Assembly (NCBI GenBank): GCA_964456595.1
Contig: CAYWCJ010000002.1
Span: forward strand, 1 to 32,959
DNA: 32,959 bases
From: an uncultured Gemmatimonas sp.
GTDB lineage: Bacteria; Gemmatimonadota; Gemmatimonadetes; Gemmatimonadales; Gemmatimonadaceae
Reading direction: 5' to 3'
A program made the position numbers and the translations under genes. Each line of letters begins with the position of its first letter. The stretch's first letter is position 1. The notes under the pieces were generated by a model that did no database searches, was not told the origin of the DNA, and worked only from the letters and a program-made list of their open reading frames with translations. Of the stretch, positions 25,011-32,959 are shown piece by piece.

Positions 25011-25077
25011 CGCCACGCCGCCACGCCGCCACGCCGCCACGCCGCCTCGCGCGCTACTCCCGCGCTACTCCCGCGCT
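25011..25077. repeat. Short tandem repeats between convergent genes
   Basis: (CGCCACGC)x4 + CGCCTCGC at 25011-25050, then (CGCGCTACTCC)x2.5 at 25050-25077. Confidence 0.8.
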
Positions 25078-26648
25078 TTGGCCCGGGTCACCACCTGCCC
25101 CGGCCGCGCCATCGTGAGCTTGCCGTCGTCCATCGCCGCGACGCCGTTCACGAACACGTAGCGCATGCCGACGGCGGGAAGCGTCGGCGCGATGTACGTG
25201 CTGTTGTCCTTCACCGTCGTCGGATCAAACACAATCACGTCCGCGAACTTTCCCTCTCGTAGCTCTCCGCGATCCGCCAACCCGAACACCTGCGCCGGCA
25301 GCGACGTCGACTGCCGCACCATCGCCTCGATCGACATGATCGGTCGATCGTACACGAACTCGCGCAGCTTCCTGGGAAACGTGCCGAACTTGCGCGGATG
25401 GCCATCGCTGCCATCGGAACCCGTCATCACCCATGGCTCCTTTGCCAGGGCGTCGATATCAGACTGCTGCATGTTGAACGAGGCCACACTCGAGCCACCA
25501 CCCTTGATCACGGCGATCGCGGCTGAAATGGGATCGGTGTTCAGGCGTTCGGCGACCTGGGCGAGCGTCAGACCAAGCAGTGAACGGTCGCGAGGGCCAG
25601 TCAGCAGCAACGACGCGGCACCGCCACGACGGCGCATGTTGTCCTCCATCTCCCGACGCAAGCGCGGCATGAGCGTGTCGTCGGCGAAACGCGCCAGCAG
25701 TGCCGCGTTGCCACCGTCCTCCGCCCACCGCGGTACGAGCGACGCGGTGACCGACGTGCCACTCGCCGTGTACGGATACTGATCGGCGAAGATCCGGTCG
25801 CCGCGCGCGCGCGCCGCACGAATCATCGCGATCAGCGAGTCGCTGCGACCCCAGACATCGACGCCGAGTGCCTTGATGTGCGAGATGTTGAGCGTGATGC
25901 CTGCCTCTCGTGCGATTCGCATCGCCTCGCGCGTGGACGCGAGCAGTCCAACGCCGTACGAACTTTCGTCGCGCTGGTGGGTGTCGTACACGCCGCCGGA
26001 TGGCGCGAGTTCTTTCGCCAACGCAATCACTTCCTCCGTTGTTGCGAAACTGCCCGGCGCATAGAACAATCCCGCCGACATGCCGATCGCGCCGTCGCGC
26101 ATCGCCGTGCGCACGAGCGCGCGCATCGAGTCGATCTGCGTCGGAGTGGCGGCCTGCGCACCGCGTCCGACGACCGTTCCGCGCACCGACCCTTGCCCGA
26201 TGAATACGCCGGCGTTCGCGCCGAGTCCGTTGCGCGTCCACGTGGAGAGTGTGCTGCCCACGTTCACCGGGCCGCCGCCATCGTTGCCGGTGAGCACCGT
26301 CGTCACGCCCTGCAGCAGATAACCATCGAGACGACTCGTACTCGGCTGCTGCAACTCCACGAGCACATGTGCATGCGGATCGATGAAGCCCGGCGCGACG
26401 ACGAGTCCGCGCGCGTCGACGGTTCTCGCCGCGGTCACGCCACGCGCCTTCGCGTCGCCAATGAACACGATGCGATCGCCGCGCAGACCGATGTCGGTGA
26501 TGCGTGACGGTGTTCCTGTGCCGTCTGCAACGCGACCGCCACTGATCAGGACATCAACCGAAAGTGGCTGTGGTGCCGGCGCGAACGCAGCGGACACCAG
26601 CGCCAGAGCGAACGCGAGCCTGATGGCCAGGACGGTGCTGATAGTCAT
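25065..26648 (-). CDS. N-acyl-D-amino-acid deacylase (D-aminoacylase) family amidohydrolase, exported
   Basis: APGFIDPHAH, GLFYAPG, THQRDE, SHIK, DQYPYTAS, GSDG and HPRKFGTFPR. Alternative start 26666. Confidence 0.9.
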   Translation of the reverse strand: MTISTVLAIRLAFALALVSAAFAPAPQPLSVDVLISGGRVADGTGTPSRITDIGLRGDRIVFIGDAKARGVTAARTVDARGLVVAPGFIDPHAHVLVELQQPSTSRLDGYLLQGVTTVLTGNDGGGPVNVGSTLSTWTRNGLGANAGVFIGQGSVRGTVVGRGAQAATPTQIDSMRALVRTAMRDGAIGMSAGLFYAPGSFATTEEVIALAKELAPSGGVYDTHQRDESSYGVGLLASTREAMRIAREAGITLNISHIKALGVDVWGRSDSLIAMIRAARARGDRIFADQYPYTASGTSVTASLVPRWAEDGGNAALLARFADDTLMPRLRREMEDNMRRRGGAASLLLTGPRDRSLLGLTLAQVAERLNTDPISAAIAVIKGGGSSVASFNMQQSDIDALAKEPWVMTGSDGSDGHPRKFGTFPRKLREFVYDRPIMSIEAMVRQSTSLPAQVFGLADRGELREGKFADVIVFDPTTVKDNSTYIAPTLPAVGMRYVFVNGVAAMDDGKLTMARPGQVVTRAKARE

Positions 26649-26716
26649 GCGAGAACTTACGACCATCGCGCGCGCCCGACAAATGGCGTGCTGAAGTTCC
26701 GACCTTCAGTGAGCGA

Positions 26717-27226
26717 CTATGCGCCGAGGGCCTTGGCGAGGAGGGCGAGCTGGCCACCATGATAGCTGCCGTGCTCCACGATGCCGTTGAGCAGTGTCGC
26801 CACGTTGTAGTCGCGATTCGCCACTGGCGCCAGCAACGCTTCGGCCGGCATCACGCGCACCCGGTCCGCGAGTCGTGCGTACGCGTCGCGCAGTTCATCG
26901 GTCACCTCGCGCCACGCATCCGGCGTGCCCACGCGCGGAGCCTCAGGCCAATCCTGCGCCGGGTCGAGATCGAACGTCTCCTGACCTGTCAATCGCGCCA
27001 TCGCAAACCCTGCCCACGCCGACATGTGCAACACGAGTTCCCACGCCGAATGCGCGTCCGGCACGGGATGCAGCAACGCCGTTCGCGCCGTGAATCGCTG
27101 CAGCAGTTCGTCCACCGCCGGTCCATGCCACATCGGCCCGACAATCATGCGCTTGATGCGACCCGCCAACTCGCGCGACGGGTCGAACAAGACGGCGCGG
27201 GATGTCGCCGTCATTTCATCATGCAT
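26717..27226 (-). CDS. DinB family protein
   Basis: WHGP, HSAWELVLHM and EHGSYHGGQL (His triad). Confidence 0.88.
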   Translation of the reverse strand: MHDEMTATSRAVLFDPSRELAGRIKRMIVGPMWHGPAVDELLQRFTARTALLHPVPDAHSAWELVLHMSAWAGFAMARLTGQETFDLDPAQDWPEAPRVGTPDAWREVTDELRDAYARLADRVRVMPAEALLAPVANRDYNVATLLNGIVEHGSYHGGQLALLAKALGA

Positions 27227-27239
27227 CGAGCGATCCGCA

Positions 27240-29366
27240 TCAGTATGCCATCAGTTCAGCGTACGCCGTACGGAACGTTTCCACCTGCGGCAACGTGGCA
27301 TCTTCCAGACTTGGCGCGTATCCGACAAACGTGTCCGTGCTGGCCACTCGCTTCACCGGTGCGTCGAGCCACGAGAAACAGTCGTCCGCGATGCACGCCG
27401 CGATCTCCGCGCCGTACCCCCACGACAGCGAGTCTTCGTACGCCACGATCACGCGACCTGTTTTCTTCACGCTCGCGTACACCGATTCCTGATCCCACGG
27501 CGAGAGGGTACGCAAATCGATCACCTCGACGCTCGGTCCGCCTTCCTCGGCGATCTGATTGGCCGCCACGAGCGCGCGCTGCACCGTCGCACCGTAGGTG
27601 ACGAGCGTGATGTCCGTCCCCTCCCGTACCGTGCGCGCCTTGCCGAACGGAATCATGAAGTTCGGGCCCGGATAGCGCCCCTTGTTGTACGTCTGGCGAT
27701 AGAGGTGCTTGTGCTCGAGGAAGATGACCGGATCCTCGCAGCGGATGGCCGTGCGCAGCAGCCCGTTGGCGTCGAGTGCATTGCTCGGACACACCACGCG
27801 CAATCCCGGCGTATGCGTGAACAAGGACGCGCCCGTCTGCGAGTGATAGATGCCACCGCGGATGTAGCCACCGTACGTGGTGCGAATGACCACCGGCGCG
27901 CTGAACATGTTGTTCGAGCGCCAGCGCATCGTCGCCAGTTCGTCGCGGATCTGCATGTACGCGGGCCAGATGTAATCGAAGAACTGGATCTCCACCACCG
28001 GCTTGAAACCGCGATGCGCCAGTCCGATGGCGCGACCGACGATGTTCGCTTCGGCCAGCGGTGTGTTGAACACACGCGTGCTGCCGAACCGCTTCTGCAA
28101 TCCCCACGTCACCTTGAAGACGCCACCCTTGCCCTTGACCTTGTCGATGTGCTCGTCGCGCGAGACATCGGCGACGTCTTCACCGAACAGGAGAATACGC
28201 TCGTCGCGCGCCATCTCGTCCTTCATGCACGTATTGAGCAAGTCCACCATCGTCGTCGGCTCGCCGACGAATTGCGGGTCGTCTTCCGTGTCGAACTGCT
28301 CGCTGGTCGGATCGACATCCGGCGAGTACACACCGTAGTACACACTGCTCGGCGCCGGCTGCGGCTGCGACAGCGCATCGTCCGTGGCGGCGAGAATCTC
28401 CGCGTCGACGTCCTCGCGCATCGCTTCGAGTTCTGCTTCCGTCGCTATCCGCTTGTCCACCAGCAGGCGCGGGAACGTCGTCAGTGGGTCGCGCGCCGCG
28501 TCCGCATCGCGTTCTTCCTTCGGACGATAGAACACTTCATCGTCGGAGAGCGAGTGCGAGTACGGTCGAATCACCTTCGCGTGCACCAGCGCCGGCCCCT
28601 TCCGCGCGCGTGCATACTCCACCGCACGCGTCAGCACTTCGTACGACGCGAGCACATCGCACCCATCGACTTCCTGGATGTACAGATCAGGGAAGCCGAC
28701 GACGAGCTTGGAGATCGAACCACCGGCCGTGCCCACTTCCACCGGCACCGAGATCGCGTAGCCGTTGTCTTCCACGACATAGACAACCGGCAACTTGAGA
28801 TTGGACGCCGTGTTCAGTGACTCCCAGAACTCGCCTTCGCTCGTCGTGCCATCGCCCGTGGAGACAAACACCACCTCATCGTCCGCGAACCCTTCGGTGA
28901 TGCCGAGCAGTTTGGCACGCATCGTGGCTTCCGCCGCGCCCACGGCGTGCAGGAACTGGGTGCCCGTTGGCGACGATGCGGATACGATGTTGTACGCCTT
29001 GTGCCCCCAATGACTCGGCATCTGGCGGCCACCCGAATTCGGATCGATGGCGGCCCCGACGGCGCTGTACAGCATCTCGTTCGGCGTCATGCCGAGCATC
29101 AGGCAGAGCGCACGATCGCGATAGTAGGTGTAGAACCAGTCGTGACCCGAGCGCAGCACGAGCCCCGCGGCGCACAGCAACGCCTCATGGCCGGCGCCCG
29201 AGATCTGGAAGAAGATCTTGTTCTGGCGCTTGAGCTGGATCTCCTTGTCATCCACGCGGCGCGACATGTACATGACGCGATACACGCGCAGCATCTGCTC
29301 GCGGGAGAGCGGCAGATCATCGGTCGTGCTCGTGCGAGCGCGAGTCGGGCGGGTCGAGGTGGCCAT
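27240..29366 (-). CDS. 2-oxoacid dehydrogenase E1, fused alpha/beta subunits (probably branched-chain)
   Basis: TPP-binding GDG...[36 protein letters not shown] and FLEHKHLY. Start taken at MATSTR. Confidence 0.92.
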   Translation of the reverse strand: MATSTRPTRARTSTTDDLPLSREQMLRVYRVMYMSRRVDDKEIQLKRQNKIFFQISGAGHEALLCAAGLVLRSGHDWFYTYYRDRALCLMLGMTPNEMLYSAVGAAIDPNSGGRQMPSHWGHKAYNIVSASSPTGTQFLHAVGAAEATMRAKLLGITEGFADDEVVFVSTGDGTTSEGEFWESLNTASNLKLPVVYVVEDNGYAISVPVEVGTAGGSISKLVVGFPDLYIQEVDGCDVLASYEVLTRAVEYARARKGPALVHAKVIRPYSHSLSDDEVFYRPKEERDADAARDPLTTFPRLLVDKRIATEAELEAMREDVDAEILAATDDALSQPQPAPSSVYYGVYSPDVDPTSEQFDTEDDPQFVGEPTTMVDLLNTCMKDEMARDERILLFGEDVADVSRDEHIDKVKGKGGVFKVTWGLQKRFGSTRVFNTPLAEANIVGRAIGLAHRGFKPVVEIQFFDYIWPAYMQIRDELATMRWRSNNMFSAPVVIRTTYGGYIRGGIYHSQTGASLFTHTPGLRVVCPSNALDANGLLRTAIRCEDPVIFLEHKHLYRQTYNKGRYPGPNFMIPFGKARTVREGTDITLVTYGATVQRALVAANQIAEEGGPSVEVIDLRTLSPWDQESVYASVKKTGRVIVAYEDSLSWGYGAEIAACIADDCFSWLDAPVKRVASTDTFVGYAPSLEDATLPQVETFRTAYAELMAY

Positions 29367-29548
29367 CGGGCGGGGATCTCGTGAGGAGGCGTTCAGCGTG
29401 AAAGCTAGCCACTCCACGCAGTGGAGGTAGGAGGCAGGGTCACCTGTTGACACGCGTGCAGCTCCTCGGGATGATGTGAAGGAACTTGTGCCACATTATT
29501 GGTGTTTGCGCTGGTGCCAGTAGTCCCCCGTCACGCTTCACACCCACC

Positions 29549-30034
29549 ATGCACGCTCCCACCGCACCCATGACGCCCACGACCGGCCACTGCATCTTCT
29601 GCGATCTCATGCGCGGAGCGGCCGAGGTGTCGATCTGCTACGAAGACGCGACCGCGATTGCGTTCCTCGACATCCAGCCGGTCAACCCGGGGCACGTACT
29701 CGTGGTGCCGCGCGAGCATTACGAAACGCTGCAGGACATTCCGAAGGTGGTGGGTGCGCATCTGTATCAGGTCGCCACCAAACTCATCCCCGTCGTGCAG
29801 ACCGCGTCCGGCGCGACGGACATGAACATCGTCGTCAACTCGGGCGCGCATGCCGGACAGAATGTGATGCACTACCACATTCACCTGATCCCGCGTCGCG
29901 AGAACGATGGCTTCGACGTGCCGCTTCCGTTTCCCGGTTCGCAGATGCCCAATCGTCAGCAGCTGGACGCGATGGCGGCGCGCATTGGCAGCATGCTGCG
30001 CGACCCGCTCCGCAAGGACGGCATGAAGCAGTAG
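29549..30034 (+). CDS. HIT family nucleotide hydrolase
   Basis: CIFC, AFLDIQPVNPGHVLVVP and HYHIHLIPR. Confidence 0.93.
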   Translation: MHAPTAPMTPTTGHCIFCDLMRGAAEVSICYEDATAIAFLDIQPVNPGHVLVVPREHYETLQDIPKVVGAHLYQVATKLIPVVQTASGATDMNIVVNSGAHAGQNVMHYHIHLIPRRENDGFDVPLPFPGSQMPNRQQLDAMAARIGSMLRDPLRKDGMKQ

Positions 30035-30087
30035 CGGTGGCGGCGATGGCGTCACGAAACTGATGCCGAATTTCGCGCCGTGCCCTC

Positions 30088-30117
30088 TTGACCGAAACAT
30101 GAGCGCCATCCTATCAT
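30088..30117 (+). promoter_or_regulatory. Sigma70-type promoter
   Basis: TTGACC (30088-93), an 18-nt spacer, then TATCAT (30112-17). Confidence 0.65.
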
Positions 30118-30123
30118 GGCCGT

Positions 30124-30469
30124 GTGAAGGCTCGCGACTGCCGGTCGGTATTTGCTTGCTCTCGCGATCGCTCGTGCGATCGGGTTTGATGGTGTTCGTG
30201 CGGTAGTTGCTGCGTTAGTTGCTGTTGTAGACGGTCCCGTGTCTGCTGCGCCCTCTCCACCCGGTCTGTCCAGGAGGATGATGCGCTCCACCCGAGGTTC
30301 CTCTCGCATGCGCTGTCAGGCGCGTGAGCGGCGTCTTCGACGCCGCGGCGACCCCACCCCCACCGCGCGTCATCGGGGGCTTCGCATCCCGGTCCGCAAC
30401 GTCTCCCCGTACGTCATCGCCCGCCGCCCCGACGTGAGGCTCTTCGCCTCCGTCGGGGCGTTGTTTTTT
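30124..30469 (+). ncRNA. Putative structured ncRNA or 5' leader upstream of the HNH gene
   Basis: Bounded by the promoter and an intrinsic terminator, with internal hairpins at 30165-30182 and 30328-30346. No known family recognised. Confidence 0.4.
30425..30469 (+). terminator. Rho-independent terminator/attenuator directly upstream of the HNH start
   Basis: CGCCCCGACG-T-GAGGC-TCTTC-GCCTC-CGTCGGGGCG followed by TTGTTTTTT. Confidence 0.85.
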
Positions 30470-30481
30470 GTGGGAGGCTGA

Positions 30482-30976
30482 ATGGCGAAACATTCGACCC
30501 TCAAACTCGCTCGCAGCGGGGCGGGTCGCGGCGCCCGCCCGTCGAAGCGGACCGCGGTACGTGCGCGATCAGGTTCCCCCTCAGCCGGCAAGTCCGGCCC
30601 GCGTCATCTCGTGAAGCTGCGCGCCGGTGGCGTGGTGCACACCGCACTCAAACGCGCCATGCGCCGCGCCGCACTGCGCGACTGCGGGCAGCGCTGTGTA
30701 TACTGTGCCACCCATCTCGATCAACGCACGGCGACGCTCGATCACGTCATGCCGCTGGCCCGCGGTGGCGCACATGACCCGGGCAACCTCGTCGTCGCCT
30801 GCGGTCCCTGCAATCGGCTCAAGGGCGATCTCTTTCCCTTCGAGTTCTTCACCCGTCATCCCTGGGCGGGCGCCAACTTTGTGCGCTACGCACGCGCCGT
30901 GCACCGGGCGCTCAAACGCGGCGCGCGACGTGCAGTGAGTCTGGCATTCGCACGCGACGACGCGGTGGCCGCATGA
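30482..30976 (+). CDS. HNH endonuclease with basic N-terminal extension
   Basis: CVYC...TLDHVMPLARGG...NLVVACGPCNRLKG; GGAGG RBS at 30473-30477. Confidence 0.9.
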   Translation: MAKHSTLKLARSGAGRGARPSKRTAVRARSGSPSAGKSGPRHLVKLRAGGVVHTALKRAMRRAALRDCGQRCVYCATHLDQRTATLDHVMPLARGGAHDPGNLVVACGPCNRLKGDLFPFEFFTRHPWAGANFVRYARAVHRALKRGARRAVSLAFARDDAVAA

Positions 30977-31015
30977 CGTAGCCCCCGACCGCCGCCTCCA
31001 TTTCAGGAAGACATC

Positions 31016-31882
31016 ATGCGTTGGTCACCCGGTGGTCGCAGCGAAAATCTCGAAGATCGGCGCGGGGCCACGGGGGGTGGCGGTGGACGCGGGTTCGGTG
31101 GCGGCGGCGGACGCGTGGGACTCGGCGGACTGGTCGTCCTCGTCGTCCTCAGCATCGTTTTCAAGCGTGACCTGGTCAGCGACGCGATCGGTATCGGCGG
31201 CGGCGCTCCGTCGGCGGTCTCGGGTGAACAGGCGCCACCGGCGGTGAGCAGCGCGCAGGAAGACTCGCTGGTCTTGTTCATGTCGGCGGTGCTCGACAGC
31301 GCGCAGGCAAGATGGCAGCAGCTGCTCCCCGACTATCAGCCGGCGAAGCTGGTGCTCTTTCGTGATGTCGTGAACTCCGCCTGCGGCGAGGCAGGATCGG
31401 CCACCGGCCCGTTCTACTGCCCGGGCGATCAGAAGGTGTACCTCGACCTCAGCTTCTTCGACCAGCTCGATCGACAGTTCGGAGCGCCGGGCGACTTCGC
31501 CCAGGCCTACGTACTCGCGCACGAGATCGGACATCACGTGCAGAATCTCGTCGGCACCGAGCGAAAGATGCGCGCCACGCAGCGCGACAATCCGCAAATG
31601 CAGAACAGGCTGTCCGTCGCCATGGAGCTGCAGGCCGATTGCTATGCCGGCGTCTGGGCCAACTCCGCCGCGAAGAACCAGCAGCTCGAGCCGGGCGACC
31701 TCGATGAAGGACTCTCCGCCGCATCGGCGGTGGGCGACGATCGTCTGCAGAAGATGTCCACCGGTCGTGTGAACCGCGATTCATTCACCCACGGCTCGTC
31801 GGCAGATCGTCGCACCTGGTTCAAGCGCGGATTCGACTCCGGCGATCCGAATCGCTGCGACACGTTTGCGGAGATGCGGTAG
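31016..31882 (+). CDS. Neutral zinc metallopeptidase (YpfJ-like)
   Basis: SENLEDRRG, GPFYCPGD, YVLAHEIGHHVQ, ELQADC, VGDDRLQ and FTHGSS. Confidence 0.93.
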   Translation: MRWSPGGRSENLEDRRGATGGGGGRGFGGGGGRVGLGGLVVLVVLSIVFKRDLVSDAIGIGGGAPSAVSGEQAPPAVSSAQEDSLVLFMSAVLDSAQARWQQLLPDYQPAKLVLFRDVVNSACGEAGSATGPFYCPGDQKVYLDLSFFDQLDRQFGAPGDFAQAYVLAHEIGHHVQNLVGTERKMRATQRDNPQMQNRLSVAMELQADCYAGVWANSAAKNQQLEPGDLDEGLSAASAVGDDRLQKMSTGRVNRDSFTHGSSADRRTWFKRGFDSGDPNRCDTFAEMR

Positions 31883-32236
31883 CCACGCGCGGTTGTATGG
31901 ACGCGTTCTCGCGCCGCTCGTACCCAACGCGCACCGAACTCGGGCGCGAGTGCACACTGTTGAGCTTGCGCACCAACATTGTTGCGTTTCGTCCCGGCTC
32001 CCAACCTGGCCCGGATTGTCGCCGAGGCGTAAGTGGCTTCGCGGCATGGGTTTGGTGACGACGAAGCAGCACGGCTGAACTCGGTGCGCGTCTTGCACGC
32101 GAGTCCCGGACACCTGATGCACGTTCATACATATCAGCGCCTCGTGCGCGGCATCATCGCCTCCAGCACACGCTCATGCGGGTTTGTTGGGTTACGACGA
32201 CGCGCGGTCACACGGCGACCATCCGGAGAATCTCAC

Positions 32237-32959
32237 ATGTCCCAAACGAACCTCGCCACCGCATTGTGGCGGTGGCCGGTCGTACTCGTAGCCGCTGGAG
32301 CCTTTGCCGCATGCGGAGAAGCACCGACGAACGTCGCCGACGTCAGTGACGCGCGGTTCGGCGTCGTCGCCTCACGACCCGGCGTCGATACCTCGAGAGC
32401 TGAACGACTCGAAGTGTGCAAGACGTGGGCAAGCGGCGTCACGCCGCAAGACATAACGGTGCAATTGCAGGTGTCGGGCGGTACGACCTTCAGCGGCCAG
32501 TTCACGATCGCGCCGGACGCGTCGACGTTGAACGGCAACCCCCTGCAGTGTCGGGTCATCTGGGAAAACGACCGCAATCAGCCGATCGACTACGTGACGG
32601 TCACCGAGATCGCTCCGAGCAGCGGATTCAGCACCACGTGGGCGATCGAGACGAAGCTCAGCCCGATCAGTGGCACCACGCAGCCGGGGCCATCCTACTC
32701 CGGAAGCGGCACGGTCGCCCAGACCGTTCCCATCGGCGGAGCCGCCAACAACCCGGGCGCGCTGGTGCGCTTCGTCAACACGCCCATTCCACTCGGCTCG
32801 ATCGGTGATCGCGTGTGGAACGACACGGACGCCGATGGTGTGCAGGACGCGGGCGAAGCGGGGCTCAACGGTTGGACCGTGACGATCCGTAATGCGTCGA
32901 ACGTCGTCGTCGGCACCGCCACCACCAGCGTCGACGGGAACTACACCTTCCCGAATCTC
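32237..32959 (+). CDS. Lipoprotein with SdrD B-like domain, 5' part; runs off the window
   Basis: GGAG RBS; MSQTNL...AGAFAAC lipobox; ends [31 protein letters not shown]...DGNYTFPNL. Confidence 0.82.
   Translation, partial: MSQTNLATALWRWPVVLVAAGAFAACGEAPTNVADVSDARFGVVASRPGVDTSRAERLEVCKTWASGVTPQDITVQLQVSGGTTFSGQFTIAPDASTLNGNPLQCRVIWENDRNQPIDYVTVTEIAPSSGFSTTWAIETKLSPISGTTQPGPSYSGSGTVAQTVPIGGAANNPGALVRFVNTPIPLGSIGDRVWNDTDADGVQDAGEAGLNGWTVTIRNASNVVVGTATTSVDGNYTFPNL

Noticed and set aside
27240-29366. E1 alpha-beta fusion as a novelty
   Set aside because: Fused E1 subunits are well known in several bacterial phyla.
30124-30469. tmRNA, RNase P, SRP or IscB/omegaRNA identity for the leader
   Set aside because: No tRNA-like ends or CCA, no GAGGAAAGUCC, and the HNH protein lacks RuvC and PLMP motifs.
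31927-32091. 11-bp inverted repeat ACGCGCACCGA / TCGGTGCGCGT
   Set aside because: Short, GC-rich and far apart; compatible with chance.

Overview
GC-rich bacterial chromosomal segment. Gene content and style suggest Gemmatimonadota (inference). It holds about 29 CDSs; no rRNA, tRNA, CRISPR array, integrase or transposase was recognised. Left to right: truncated rhodanese, RMD1-like protein, small membrane protein, thioredoxin-like 2Fe-2S ferredoxin, HNH nuclease, small hypothetical, YfhO-like membrane protein, TauE/SafE, TVP38/DedA, a 710-bp intergenic region with a 62-bp palindromic inverted-repeat pair, M14 carboxypeptidase, a secreted His/Met-rich protein, and a cyanophycin cluster (iadA divergent from cphB-cphA-cphA-like). 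After that come a secreted MBL-RidA-FG-GAP triple fusion, a Cys-free DksA/TraR protein, a YtrA-type GntR/ABC operon with operator, D-aminoacylase, DinB, fused 2-oxoacid dehydrogenase E1, HIT, a second HNH nuclease behind a ~350-nt promoter-to-terminator leader, a zinc metallopeptidase and a truncated SdrD-B lipoprotein. The best novelty candidates are (1) a CphA paralog that keeps an intact Mur-ligase domain but lacks the ATP-grasp core, the mirror image of CphA2; (2) the structured RNA or attenuator in front of the second HNH gene; and (3) the triple-domain fusion. All family assignments come from motif recognition by eye; no database searches were run.
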